A DNA stretch of 62,702 bases, filler included, from Collodictyon triciliatum (Eukaryota): the NCBI GenBank assembly GCA_043381765.1. It is 5 parts of 5 records of this genome, joined end to end, with 100 filler letters (N's around TTAATTAATTAA, not from the genome) between each part and the next. Parts side by side here need not be neighbours in the genome. Positions count along the whole stretch, not along the records: positions 1 to 13,000 come from JBHJMP010002072.1; positions 13,101 to 26,067 come from JBHJMP010002073.1; 3 more parts are not named here. One strand, 5' to 3'. Of this stretch, positions 1 through 17,647 are shown one piece after another (position 1 is the stretch's first letter; each line of letters begins with the position of its first letter). The translations under genes and the position numbers were made by a program. A model generated the notes under the pieces. That model was not told where the DNA came from, ran no database searches, and saw only the letters and a program-made list of their open reading frames with translations.

Positions 1-70
<70 letters not shown>
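1..70. repeat. poly(A) tract at the start of the window
   Basis: 70 consecutive A. Confidence 0.95.
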
Positions 71-78
<8 letters not shown>

Positions 79-610
79 GAAACAAGGGATGGGAAAGGAG
101 ATGCTTCAAGGAAAACAACCAGAAGATTATATGAAAACTACAATTAATACGATAAAATGTATTTGGAGGCCTCGGACTTGGAGGTAGGCAGGGAACTTAC
201 TCCACCGAAGTGGCCCTGATTTGACCAATATCACCTCAAAAAAAAAGTCGCACGTATTCGTGCATATATTTTTATACGTTTATTCTTTTTTCATACTTGG
301 TTTATGCAGAGTAATATACAGACCTCCCCCTTTGTGAAGTACAATTTCAGCCCCACATCCAATCTTATTGTGAAAAACAGAAGAGAAAACAAAAAGAAGG
401 AACAAGCATTACTATATCATTATTTCTCATCATAATCTCTGGCACCATATCAGATTATTCTTGTCTTATTACCTCCACCTTCAGAAGAATAGCTCGATAC
501 TTCCTTCTGCTACACACAGTCACCATAGCGACCATATATTTTTTAACCAGAAATCCCTACAGCATAGCATCCTCCTTTTTTTTCGTTAAAGAAAACTCAG
601 CGCAAGCGTG

Positions 611-5131
<4,521 letters not shown>

Positions 5132-5675
5132 GCAGGTGCGGGGCCACCAGGCTTCTATTATAGCTTCATTCGTGCCATAAAAGAAAGGAAGAAACCATCT
5201 TGGGGGTTATCATCACCACCATCATCATCACATTTATTTTTACATCTTAATATGTTGATTCCGTCTGTGTTCGCCGGGTTTGCTGCTGTCTCTTTTCTGT
5301 GTCTGTGGTGTGTGTGTCGCGTTGTGTTGGTCTTGGACAAGATTGGGAATGATGTGGCTGTGGCTTACCAACCGATGCCATCAAGACTAGGCGGTGGTTC
5401 TGTTTTTCCTCGAATATATATTGCAGATGTTAGTAGTACCAACAGTTTCCCCCTTTCATTTATCCCTTCATATGAGTTGGAAACGAAAACTTAAACGTTC
5501 GGAAGTGCTCTTTTTGAGGAGAATAAAAGAGTGTGTGATTATGATTACTTTTTGGCGATGGTATGTGGGAGTCAGTTTGGTGTGCTAGCGTTCGATTGAC
5601 TCACCAATGGGTTTGGGGCTGGTATTAAAAGAAATAAAAGGAGTAATACAGAACAGACTGATGAAGCCTTTTTTA

Positions 5676-5797
5676 AAACAAACAAACAAACAAACAAACA
5701 AACAAACAAACAAACAAACAAACAAACAAACAAACAAACAAACAAACAAACAAACAAACAAACAAACAAACCAACAAACCAACAAACAAACAAACAA
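5676..5797. repeat. (AAAC)n microsatellite
   Basis: Tandem AAAC run. Confidence 0.95.
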
Positions 5798-6099
5798 AAA
5801 AATAATTAAAAAAAGCCCAAAGCGGTGACCTACTGAGGCCACTAAGACTTTACGAGAAAATTCCTATTCTTTGTAAGACTGGTGGTATGATACCAGCAAA
5901 ACGGCGAACAAAAGCGCAGCTGTAAATGCTTTTTTTTTTATTGCCATCAACTTGATATCAGCCCTCTACTAAATGCAGAGCGTTCGTTCCTCTTCTGAAA
6001 AATATTTTTTTTTCATCATTTACTGTGGCCTTGGTATATTCTACCGGGTTTCAGGAGCGGCTGTTGGATGAAGCAACCCCCTGATGCATATCCTTTACA

Positions 6100-6137
<38 letters not shown>

Positions 6138-6414
6138 TCGTTATCGTCCCGTTTCTTCTTCATGTCTTTTTCTATTAGTATTACTTTTGTTGGAAACAGC
6201 CGAGGAGAGATGGAGTCTGTGACAGCGCAACTGGTAAATAAATCCTTCAACTGCTCTTCTCCAACTTGGCTTGGTTTCCTTCGTAAGATTTCTTCTTATG
6301 TGCCAACAGGCGATGTTAGCCTCTGGAGAGAATTTAGTGCAATTGCTTCATGAAGTGCTTGATTACCTTTCTTCTGCATGAAAAAACTGTAGCAGCGAAC
6401 ATGATTGTTGTAAT

Positions 6415-6672
6415 AAAAAGAAAAAGAAAAAGAATAAGAAAAGAATAAGAAAAAGAATAAGAATAAGAATAAGAATAAGAATAAGAATAAGAATAAGAAT
6501 AAGAAAAAGAAAGAGAATAAGAAAGAGAATAAGAAAGAGAATAAGAAAGAGAATAAGAAAGAGAATAAGAAAGAGAATAAGAAAGAGAATAAGAAAGAGA
6601 ATAAGAAAGAGAATAAGAAAAAGAATAAGAAAAAGAATAAGAAAAAGAAAAGAAAAAGAAAAAGAAAAAGAA
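6415..6672. repeat. Compound (AAGAAT)n / (AAGAAAGAGAAT)n simple repeat
   Basis: Purine-rich 6- and 12-mer tandem units. Confidence 0.9.
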
Positions 6673-7339
6673 GATATTTATGTGACGTGTAACGTTGTTT
6701 ACAAATGAGGGTTGCCATTGCTCCTTTACAGTTCGCTGTAACAAAGGTCTTATTTTGCTCATGCAATCCCGAATCACTGAGATTGGAATATGATGAAGGA
6801 CGATGATGGCATCCTTGGTAATGCGCTACGCAGTCCGCGAATCGACATCCCGAAAGGCTCGAGAAATGTTTGGTTCGGTTGAATCGAAAAACTCCAAAGC
6901 GCACCGTTTCGTAAATTTCCTAATTTGGACACTAGATGTGGAAAAATCCAAGACGAAACAAATAGCAGGTTTTGGATATCTTCATTGAATCTGCGACAAC
7001 GGCTATATCCTAATTATGGAAAATATAATGAATATAATAAATAGCGCTGTATTTACCGAATTTTTTATTATATATAATATGTATATGTTTCAATCAGTAT
7101 TAAATATAATTAAAATGTCGGCAAATGTCTAGACCACACGCAACATACATAGAAAATTCTCATACCTGGAAAAAACCCGCACCACAACAGCACTCGCCAA
7201 TAAAAGAACCACAAACGAAGCTGATTCATCTTTCCCCGTTGAATCCGCCACTTCATCCAGCGCTTCCCACTTCCCGACACCCGCGAGCCGCACACTTGCA
7301 ACCTTTGCAAAGCAACGCACATCCGCCCAAAGACGCAAA

Positions 7340-8467
7340 ATGTCCTTCGACAAGATCGCCTCTGCCCAAGACCTCGCTGCCCTCAACGCCCACCTTGCTG
7401 GCCGCAGCTACATCTCCGGGTAAACATGCAGCCTCTCCTGCGAAGCACAAAACCTTTTTTTTTTTCCCCTTTTTGTTTTATGATTCCTGTCCTTCTGTTT
7501 TTTTTTTTCCTCTTCAGATTCTGCCCGAAAACACTCCCGGTTCCTTGCCTCTCCTGTCGATCTGCACCTTTCTTCACCCCACCCATCAAAATACCTCACA
7601 TCACCACAACGCCTGCCTGCCTTTCAATCACCACCCACTCTAACAACTAACTCCGCTTCTTTTTTTTTCTTTTTTGAATATATACGTATATTTAATTTCA
7701 CTTTGTCCTTGAATAACAAAACTAAAGAGACGCTAAGATCAGGCAAGAAAATCGATCCTCTCTTTCCCCCACTCTAACGCGACCCGTTTCCTTCACCAGC
7801 TACCAGCCCTCTGCCGCCGATGCTGCCGCCTTCGCCGCCGTTGGAGCCCACCCCCACTCGCTCGTGACTGACTACGTCCACGTCACCCGCTGGTTCGCCC
7901 TGATCAAGTCCTACACTGCCGAGGAGCGCGCTGCGTAAGGAGCCTCGTCACTCTCCCTGAATTATTTCCGAGAACAGCCCACTCTCCGAAGCTCATTCCC
8001 TCTCTACCACATGAATCAGCTTTGCCGCCCCGGCTGGTGGTGCTGCTGCCCCTGCTGCTGCTGCCGCCCCTGCCGCCGCCAAGGACGAAGACGAGATCGA
8101 TCTCTTTGGCGAGGACGACGAGGAGGACGAGGCCTACAAGAAGGAGCTCGAGAAGAAGAAGAAGGAGGCGGAGGAGAAGAAGGGCACAAAGAAGGTGATT
8201 GGCAAGTCCAACATCCTCCTGGACGTCAAGCCCTGGGACGACACCACAGACATGGCCAAGCTGGAGGAGTGCGTCCGCTCCATCGCCATGGACGGCCTTG
8301 TCTGGGGCGGCTCCAAGCTGGTCCCAGTCGGCTACGGCATCAAGAAGCTGCAGATCAACTGCGTCGTTGTGGACGAGCTTGTCTCTGTGGATGATCTCGA
8401 GGAGAAGATCACCGCCTTCGAGGACCACGTCCAAAGCATGGACATTGCTGCCTTCAACAAGATCTAA
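7340..8467 (+). CDS. EEF1B2: Translation elongation factor 1-beta (3 exons: 7340-7419, 7800-7934, 8020-8467)
   Basis: N-terminal [24 protein letters not shown]...HVTRWF, acidic [14 protein letters not shown], and C-terminal GEF domain [51 protein letters not shown]...[16 protein letters not shown] introns join in frame. Confidence 0.96.
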
Positions 8468-8901
8468 GCAGCATCGCGCGATGCCTCACCTCCAAGGCCG
8501 CCTGCTGCTGGGTCTGCAATAAACGACAGACTCTGGCAGAGCCCCCTGCTCCAGTTTTCTCTTTGTTTCCTTTCTTTCATTGTGCTTGTCTGCCTTTTTT
8601 TTTCTTACCCCATCCTTTTTTTCTTCGCTGCTGCTCGTCGAGATTGCCACATTCGTGGGCTGTCAAAGTCCACCTGTCAATTTCGTGTTGAGAATATCGG
8701 CCGTTGCCGTGAGGACAGTTGATTCACGGACAGCAAAAGACAGGCGCTTTATTTTTTTCGCCTGTCTGGCGATGATGAGGTATTTGCGTAACCATCTCAC
8801 GAGCCGGCATGATACCATCTCCTTTGCGATGAAAGGCATCTTGCACAAGGATTATGTTTATAGAAATAGAGCAAAGAATGAAACAAACCACCCTCATCGC
8901 G

Positions 8902-10881
8902 TCATGAGCCTGCTTTCTCCACGCGCACGTTCTCTGTGATGAAAAACATGCGCCTGCGGCAACATACGAAAGTCCAGAAGATGCGGAATGAAAGCAAGGC
9001 GATGGAGAAAGCAGATGAGGAGAGGATGACACGCGTGGAAATGGGTTGGACATGACCGAAGCGGACGAGCCTATCTGTTTCAAAAGTTTGGCCGATATGG
9101 AGCTTGCACAGGAGCGTAACGAAGAGCATCCACAAAGTACCCAGAATGGAGGTGAAGGAGAGGGCCCTGGCTTTGACGTGAAGGGCATCAACCATGATTG
9201 TCCAGTGGAACGCGATTGCAGCAAAGACCCAGTGGATAAGACAAGTGAAATCCCACCCGCAAAGGATGCCGGACGAGGCTAAGGCGCGCACAAGAAGCAA
9301 CATGACATAGCAGTAGTCGAAGGAGTTCAACATGTAGCGAACCATGAAGGCGTTTGATGTCGTGATGATTTGGATGCTGAAAAACAGAATACTTGCGCCG
9401 ATTGGAGCCAAACTTGCTTGTGCGAATCCCACCCCAAGGTCGAGGCCGGCAGCGAGAACCGGCGACAAAAACATCGATAGAACACACAACACAATTCCCG
9501 TAGTGTTGTAAATCTGTGACCTGAGAATGCGCGACAGCTTAGGATACTTGTCCTTGATAAATAAGCGGAATATCGTTTGGTGGCTGTTAAATACGAGTAC
9601 TTGGTCTTCCATAATACCAACCACAATTCTGGTATCCTGAGGAACAGTATTAGCACGGGCTGGTTCGTTGTCGACTCCTCTTCCTAACTCGAGAGGTGAC
9701 TTCTTGCTTATGGATGTTGAGGATTGGTCCCCAGAACCTGAATTTTCGGGTGCAACATGATCACTTTCACTTGGAATCACTGATATCACACCCATGTTTT
9801 GTTTGCTGATGCTCTCATTAAGTTCCTCGTCAACTCTGCCTGACGGTCGAGTGTTTAAGTTTGTTTTGACCTCATTGGCGCAGCTACTATCTAGTTCATA
9901 AAAGCTCGATACGAACGCGATTGTCGAGTGCTTGTTGAGAATAACATGATTGTAAACGATTCGAAGAATGTACATCATCAATGTGGACAAATTGTCCAGA
10001 GCCTGAAGGCGAACGTCAATGATTTCAATCCCGCTGGGGTTATGAACAAACTTTTCGTTCTCAAATTCTACCATGTTGAAGACCAACACTATCCACATTA
10101 TGATGTAAGATGATATTCCAATTAAGGATGCATACTTCATCACCAACAATCGCTTCCCAGCATGAGCGTCGTAAAGTATGAGAAGTATGATACTCATCAA
10201 AGAATGCATGACCATCAGTATGGCATCAAATGCTTCCCCCCACAACAATATCGCACAAATATGAAAAGAAATGATGTTGTAGACCGTAAACCAGAAATTG
10301 AATGACTTTGCCAACTCTTTTATAATGTCCACCTGGACGTAGGTTGAATGATGAATACAAAAGTTGATGGAACACATTATCTGCATAGGCCAGTAAACCC
10401 TCGATGACAGGAAAGGCTTCTTGTAACAAACGGCCAATGAGTTGGCGTTGCAGACGAACCACATCACAGCAACAAGTAAAGCAGTTGCCTTCCTTCGATA
10501 AAGGCGACACACTGTCACTCTGAGCCATTCATTCCCAAATATTTGAGCTGCGATGGTATTCTTTTTATCAATAAGTCTGATCCTTTTTTTCAAAACTAGA
10601 CGGACCATACCAGAATTTGAAACGGGTGCCGCGTTTGAGGGTATTTCCTCTGCTTTATTCAGTTCATTGCCATTATCATATTTATTGGGCTGCTGGTCAG
10701 GCTCTGCTAATTTAAGCTCGTGGCTGGTTTCTGGTTGCCTTTGGTGCTGTGTGGCCACTTCAAAACTTTCCCTTCTGTGATCTTTTGCGTGCCCATAACA
10801 CTGTCCTTTCTCCTCCCAAACTTCTTTTTGATGTTTGTCTTGTTCAGCTTCTATGTTGGTCAGCGAGCCGACCTTCATCAT
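8902..10881 (-). CDS. Intronless multipass membrane protein with two related hydrophobic modules, function unknown
   Basis: 659-aa ORF with two clusters of hydrophobic segments separated by an S/E-rich linker. Start codon uncertain. Confidence 0.7.
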   Translation of the reverse strand: MMKVGSLTNIEAEQDKHQKEVWEEKGQCYGHAKDHRRESFEVATQHQRQPETSHELKLAEPDQQPNKYDNGNELNKAEEIPSNAAPVSNSGMVRLVLKKRIRLIDKKNTIAAQIFGNEWLRVTVCRLYRRKATALLVAVMWFVCNANSLAVCYKKPFLSSRVYWPMQIMCSINFCIHHSTYVQVDIIKELAKSFNFWFTVYNIISFHICAILLWGEAFDAILMVMHSLMSIILLILYDAHAGKRLLVMKYASLIGISSYIIMWIVLVFNMVEFENEKFVHNPSGIEIIDVRLQALDNLSTLMMYILRIVYNHVILNKHSTIAFVSSFYELDSSCANEVKTNLNTRPSGRVDEELNESISKQNMGVISVIPSESDHVAPENSGSGDQSSTSISKKSPLELGRGVDNEPARANTVPQDTRIVVGIMEDQVLVFNSHQTIFRLFIKDKYPKLSRILRSQIYNTTGIVLCVLSMFLSPVLAAGLDLGVGFAQASLAPIGASILFFSIQIITTSNAFMVRYMLNSFDYCYVMLLLVRALASSGILCGWDFTCLIHWVFAAIAFHWTIMVDALHVKARALSFTSILGTLWMLFVTLLCKLHIGQTFETDRLVRFGHVQPISTRVILSSSAFSIALLSFRIFWTFVCCRRRMFFITENVRVEKAGS

Positions 10882-13000
10882 TTACCTGAGTTGTCTCGAA
10901 GCGAGCTTGGTTTCTCCTCCTTGGTTTCTCCTCCTTGGTTTTTCCTCCTTGGTTTTTTTCTTCCGGCTTGGTTCTCGCCTTCAAATGAGTTGTTTCTCAG
11001 TGAATATGGCCTGCGAGTCTTTGATAGAGTTACTATATGTGGAGAATACATAAATCCAAAAGCGAAGCTGTCCGCCGTATGTTCAGGATTTGGGTCGGAA
11101 AATGTGCTACTCAGCTCGGGCTTTGAGCCAACTCAGCTGCCACACTTTTTTTTTTCAAAACCCTACCGCTGGGGTTATCTCGAATTTCAACGTTTTTGTC
11201 AAGACGATGAGTCCGATGGATAATTCAATCGGAATACTTTGGGGTTCGTCGTAACCATAACGCCAGGCCAGATTATGTGAAATAGTGACGGTAATCCTTT
11301 CATCCAATCATGGGTTGGAGTGTGTTTTCCTTCAATATTCCTATACTATTTTTTTCCGATATCCCTCTTTCCCCAGTATTCTGGGCTTTAATGAACGAAT
11401 GTTGATTTCACCTCAAAAATATCCAAGCAGATTTTTATTTCATTGAGATTATAGGGCAAATGACAATTATAACAAATAAAAAAGAAAAAAGATAATAGGA
11501 TGAATTAAAGATTGATAATGGAGAGGGATTGCAGCTCTTGCGAGCATAGATGTGTCAACGTGGTTCAACATTGTGCAACCTACATCGGATTCTTTCTATC
11601 GTCATCATTCCAGATAAAATATTGCAGAGTTTCGAAAATATGTTGTTATGTAACCACTTGAATATTGCTTATGATTGTCATCATGTTCAACCTTCTCCTT
11701 ACAATGGTCAATATCATAAAACTGTATAAATCTCTAATTCATTCCCCACTTTTTTACAGCTAAATTTGCATATGCCGGCCCGATAAGTAGAGTTACCATG
11801 ATGAATTAAAATGACTGACAGGGAGAACAAAAACGAAGTTTCTATTCAAAAAATGCAGGTGGTTTCATCATCAATTGGGCAGTGGTACCTTGCGAGCATA
11901 TTCAATTCGAAAAACATAATCACATTCTCCTTTAGATACATCTAGTTATGCCGCGATGAAGAGCCTAAAAATCACTGTGTAAATATTCAAATATTATTTA
12001 CCACATATCATAGCCCACAGACCGGCCTCAGTTCAGACGACGAGGATATCCTGTAATCTTCCTTTCTCGAACAATTGTTCTGATATCTCGAACATCAACC
12101 ACCCGCGTTGCCTTTTGGTAGATGGGGTTTGCATGTTCAGCTCAGGGGTCGATATTCCTCAGTAGGAAACATAATCACTTCTAAGCGCATACACGCCCGT
12201 AGCAACCAATTTTTTTATTTATTTATATAGGCGGTTGGTCTTGGGTAACACCAGAATCGAAAGAAGTAAGCGAATCTAATGTTGAACTAAGTTTCTTTTA
12301 CTTATTCACCCCAACCTCACTTTAAGGACGCATTCCACCAAAAGGCGATGTTAAAGCAAGTTACTTATATAAAAATTATAAATATGAGATTATGCTAGGA
12401 TATTAAATGGGCGAAATATCAAAGCACTCGCATATGGATATCATTTGCAAGAAACATTGCCAAGTCACTTCGAAATAAAAAGCCCAATTAAAAAGCCCAA
12501 TTAAAGAGCCCAATTAAAAAGCCCAATTAAAAACATATGAAATCAACTATAACTCAAGGATAAAAAGAAAGGAATTGGAATAGAAGCCTGCCCACATTAA
12601 CAAATGCCCAAGTAGTATAATAAGGATAGCAACAAAGTTGAATAAATATATCAATTAACGCGAGCAGCACTGATTTCCCCTCCGCAGCCCCACGAAGCCC
12701 AAACTACTTTTTTTTTCTGTTTCTTTTGACCATCGACATGATTGCTGCGATTCTACTTGATCCGAAGCAGATGGAACCTGCACGATTCTCGGGCGAGCAG
12801 AATACTCCCAACACGCCCTTGACTCAGGCAACGCGTGGGTTGAGCCCTCCTGTCTCGCTGGATATCGCTGTAAGAAAGACACATAGGCACATAGACACAA
12901 AGAAACAAAGAAACAAAGAAACAAAGAAACAAAGAAACAAAGAAACAAAGAAACAAAGAAACAAAGAAACACAAAGAAACACAAAGAAACACAAAGAAAC

Positions 13001-13100
13001 NNNNNNNNNNNNNNNNNNNNNNNNNNNNNNNNNNNNNNNNNNNNTTAATTAATTAANNNNNNNNNNNNNNNNNNNNNNNNNNNNNNNNNNNNNNNNNNNN
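13001..13100. other. Artificial contig spacer (44 N + TTAATTAATTAA + 44 N)
   Basis: Six-frame stop linker at 13045-13056 embedded in Ns. Confidence 0.95.
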
Positions 13101-13136
13101 AAAAAAAAAAAGGACAAAAAAGAATATAGGGGAAAC

Positions 13137-13301
13137 CTGGTAGCAAAGCCCAACGCTTACGATTCCTGGTGGATACCTCTTGTCTGATGCTGCGAGATAA
13201 CGATGGTAGGCCTCGGCTCCAGATCGTGCCACACCGAGGCCGAATTCGTATAGAATACCCAACAGCACCGAAGCTCTGTAATTTTCGATGAAATGTTCCA
13301 T

Positions 13302-13395
<94 letters not shown>

Positions 13396-16300
13396 GTGTT
13401 ATATATTATATATCCATCGGGCTTCCATCAGGAGCTTTTCAATTCACCAGTGCTATTTGTTTGTTCCTTTTTGTATTATTATGCTTATATGAGATTAATT
13501 TTAGAAAGATTGTCAGATTTTCTCTTCTATTTTCTTTCTTTAATTGAGGCTCTACCTTGGATATCCTTGGTCTGCCGCTATTTTGTACAGTCTAGCTGCT
13601 TCATCATAGTTTACAGGGACGCCCCGTCCATTTTCATACATCGTCCCAATTTCTGTAATGGCTTTGACATCTCCTGCAAAATTATGGTAAACCCGAGTTC
13701 TGTGAATTAAACTTATGCAGCAAAAATAGTGTACTATTGAGTTTGTAGAAATGTATTCAAGACCAAATTGTAATATAGGCAAGTGACAAGCACACCCATA
13801 TTAGATGCCGCGCTTAATAATTCAAAGGCCTTTGCATAGTTCTGAGGTACTCCGGCCCCATGACAGAAGCAGACTCCCAGAAAGGTCTAAAGAAATGTTT
13901 TTTTTTTCTTTTTCATTAATGCTTCAAGTCACAAAAGTATTAGACCTTGACAAGCTTATAATTTCATGTTTCTCCTTTCATATCAACTGTATTATACTCG
14001 ACGTGAGGCGATGAAATGGATATGCAACAAAATAGGTGATATGAGTGGCAGCTCTAACCATGGCTCTGGGATGTTTTGCAGCTACTCCCAACTGATAATA
14101 CTCCACAGCCTTTTCCACAGACACTGCCGTTCCGTATCCTTTTTCAAAGCACCAACCGATATTGACGACGGCATCGACATCTCCCTTGGCAGACGCTTTC
14201 AAGTACTCCTGAAACGCCACGTTCGGTGGCACATTTGTCATGAAAGTGGGTAACGGTGTCGCGATGTCCTCCAAATAATGATGTGAAGGCAAAGGGAGGT
14301 TCAAGTAGGTGAATGGACTGGCCAACTTTGAGGGAACAGGTGTATTTCCTTGTTGCTTGCCAGGCGTCCGATTCATCTGCTCAAGGTATTCCATGGAACG
14401 GTCGTATAGTTCAATCGGCTCAAATGCCTGTGATAGCTGTCGACCTAGAGGAACAGAGCGGCTGTACGAAGTGTTCTTTGTGAGACCGCCCGTTTGCGTA
14501 GCACTTTGTGTCACTTTGATGTTTGTGTTTGCGTTGCTCGCTACAGAGTCTGCGGGTGTATTGGAGGCAGCCATGGTCATAAGAATCTCAGGCTCGCTTG
14601 CTATCATAATTGACCTACGCTTTGCGTCTGGACGCTTTGCTGTGAGGATGGAAGACGGTTTTTCAAGTGCCCGTTGATAGGCAACCACCGATTGAGCTTG
14701 CTCGTCAAACCCGCCAGACGAGGCAGACGTGTTTGTTGTCGAGGTTGTGCCTGCTGTGGAGACCGACTTGGAGTCATTTGAAGCCTGTTGCCCGTTGCTA
14801 TGGCCAAGGGCGGTGCCTTGACCCTCTTGACAGACAACTAGATTCGACTTTGCCACTTCGTTCCCTAAATCGGCTGCTTGCTGGAAGAGCTGAATCGCCT
14901 TCTTTACATCCTTCTCCACACCGACACCATTCGCGTAGCAACAGGCCAGATTTGTGATTCCAACGTGGTCATTTTGATCAGCAGCCATGCGGTAATACCG
15001 GACAGCGTATTGCGGGTTCATCTGCACGCCCAACCCACGCTCATAGCACCATCCCAGATTTGTCTGACTTCGTGGGTCTCCTTTCTCAGCTGCAATTTGG
15101 TACCACTTCACAGCAGATGGGTGGTCTTCTATTTGGTTGTAGCAGAAACCAAGGTTTGTCTGGCCGCGAATATCTCCCTGGTAGGATTCAAGCATGGGTA
15201 AGTTTTGAAAAAAGAGAGGAGGTGAAAGACAGGAGAAAAGGTTCGGTAATGAAAACCAACTGCGAAATAATTTGTTTTATAGATGGAAAAGAAAGCAAGA
15301 GAAATTAAATAAAAAAAAAAATTAATAGGTCAATTCAACAAACTAGGTTGGCTGCTTTCAGGTAATATTCAATGGCTTGGGGTACATCGCGCGAAACACC
15401 AAATCCCTTTTCATGGCACCAGCCTATATTAGCTAGCGACCGAACGTGGCCGTGTGATGCAGCAAAGCAAAAGAGACGGTAAGCATATCGCGGCCTCTTT
15501 GGTGTTCCAAGGCCCTCAATTAAGCACACGGCATAATGGCATATGGCATCCAAATCAAAGTTTTCTGCTCCACGATGAAACCAAAGCAATGCGTCTTCTG
15601 GCGCAGAACCAACCAATTTGCCACTGTATAAACAGTAACCCAGAAGTAGTTGTGCGAGAACGTTTCCTTCTTGAGCCTGTGTCTTAAGTGTGACCTCCAT
15701 TCGGGTAGTGACATCTCGGGAGACATTTGAAAGGAAGGAAGTCAGTATGTGTTCGCCTCCCAGCTTCCACGTTGCAGCCTCACGCATAATTCGGACGAGG
15801 TACGGAACAGCCACTCGGGATTGATGAGGCAAAGCTTCGTTTAGTGCCTTGCAGAGTGCCTGTTCATTCCCGCTCTCCACATAACTGAATGGTCGTGTCC
15901 CACGTGTTGGTTTGAAGTCCTGTCCGTCGCTGTTTGAATCGGTGCTTTCGCTGTCATGATTTTCGTGTACTACTTTGACATGATGTCGAGGGACGTTGAG
16001 CTGGGCACTGCTTGGCGTGATCGGCACGTTTCTCTGCCGAGGAGACATATGACCGGATGAAGACGAGGACAAGGATGAAGATGAGGATGTTGCTGGGTGA
16101 GGAGGGATGGGAGAAATAGGATGTTTCTTGTTCTGCTCTGTTTTGGCGGACAAGGCACCCTCTTGAAACCAAGTACTACCTCGCTCGAGCCTTTGGACTG
16201 GACCTCTTTGGCTCCTTTGGATCTGGTCACCACGAGCGTGTATTTCAATCAAAGCCGAGGCGTGCTGCAGACATAAGGCCAAGTTGGATTCCGCTCCGAG

Positions 16301-17647
16301 AGTGGCCACAAGGTTTGTATATCTAGCCAGAACAGTAATCCACTTAACTTCGGTTTTGATCCACTCGCGATGAATCTGCTCCCAATCTTGTTCACTCGTG
16401 GGTCTTGGGAGGAAATTGCTGAGCCATGCTTGAATGACGGCTTCAATCTGTTTTGCTATTTCGCGTGCTGTGGTTTCTTCCTCAAGCAGGTCCTGGTTTT
16501 CAGCTGCACTGCGTACTGAGTAGCCAGACCTTGTCGATGCATTTCCCTGGTATCGAGTTGATGTTCCATGATTGTGGGTACCCGCAGAGGAGACAGACGA
16601 GTAGTACGAGAACCGAGTGAAGGAGACTGTGGCTGCTGTTGCGCGAAGGCAATGCGCGATGCTCATTGCAGTTGCACAGGATATCTGCCATTGTACGTGA
16701 GTAGGATACAAGAAGCGCGCTTCAAAGATGGATTGCAATGATAGTGAGGATTCGGGCGGGTTTGACAAGGATGTGCTGTATGCGCGGGCTTTTGTGTGAA
16801 AGTCAGCGCGACTGGTTGCCACGGCTGTAAAGAGACGAATCAGGCCGATGAGGACACGGTAATCGCAGGATGGGTCAGTTGCTGCAGACAGGATGGGATG
16901 CAGTGCCTGCAAAACGGCACCAGCGTGAGCGCCTGTAGCATTTGATGTGATGCAGTGCACAAGCAGCAAAGAGGGAAACCACGAGCCTTGGGCAAGGTCG
17001 TTTGCACAGGCTCGGGCTGCTTCCTGAACAGGCCGACCAGCTGCTTGATGAGCGGGCCATTCGCGCAGTGCACTCACCACTGTCCGGACCGAATCGACTG
17101 GGCGGTTGGTCAAGAGAGTCCGAATCACTTCATCACACGCATCCAACGAAAGAAGCTGATACGGGTCGGCATGGCTGCTGCTCTGTCCCGTCTGTGACAA
17201 TGAGGCTTCGGCCTTTCTCAGAGCACGTTGTGATTCTGTGCCCCACTGGGCTGCGCGCTGTGTCTGGTGAATCGAAAGCAAGTGTAGGCAAAGAGTACGC
17301 AGGGCTTCTATTGCTAGGCGCGTTTGTCTTGCGCGATGCGGGTGAGTGTCTGTGTCAGTGTTTGTGTCTTTTTGTAAAACGAAAATCATGTCTCTTTGGG
17401 ACTGTGGTTGGAATTGCGACTGTGAGTGTGAGTCTGAGTGCGAGAGAAAAGAAGTGCAGATGAGCTCAGCAGCTTTGCAAAGGTCCTCGGCATCTCTGGG
17501 CCGTGCAGCAAAAGAATCCAACTCGTAGAGCGCACTCAGCAATGATCGCACAGATTCTCCGGTTGGGGTTTGCGAAGCCTTTGCAGCTGAGCGAAGGGGT
17601 GCCCAAAAGCCGGGGGAACGATCAGAGCTTGTGGGAGTTGAGGCCAT
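13137..17647 (-). CDS. Sel1-like repeat (SLR) protein, spliced, 3' end lost in the gap
   Basis: Repeated SLR motifs (LGWCYERGLGVQMNPQYAVRYYRMAADQN; LACCYANGVGVEKDVKKAIQLFQQAADLG; IGTMYENGRGVPVNYDEAARLYKIAADQG). Exons at about 17647-15344, 15177-14059, 13886-13798, 13673-13556 and 13276-13137 with GT-AG junctions. Confidence 0.88.

Noticed and set aside
5850-6990. Possible small minus-strand spliced gene upstream of EF-1beta
   Set aside because: Short open fragments interrupted by repeats; no recognisable product.
7420-7799. snoRNA in EF-1beta intron 1
   Set aside because: No convincing C/D or H/ACA box arrangement seen.
12476-12533. Four copies of AAAAAGCCCAATT
   Set aside because: Short minisatellite without spacers or associated genes.
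11500-12870. Possible minus-strand multi-exon gene (fragments such as ATRVVDVRDIRTIV, DVSKGECDYVFRIEYARK), vaguely BAH-like
   Set aside because: Could not assemble a consistent reading frame or a convincing domain.
13045-13056. Recurrent TTAATTAATTAA palindrome as a biological motif
   Set aside because: Always centred in exactly 44+44 N; it is a six-frame-stop assembly linker.
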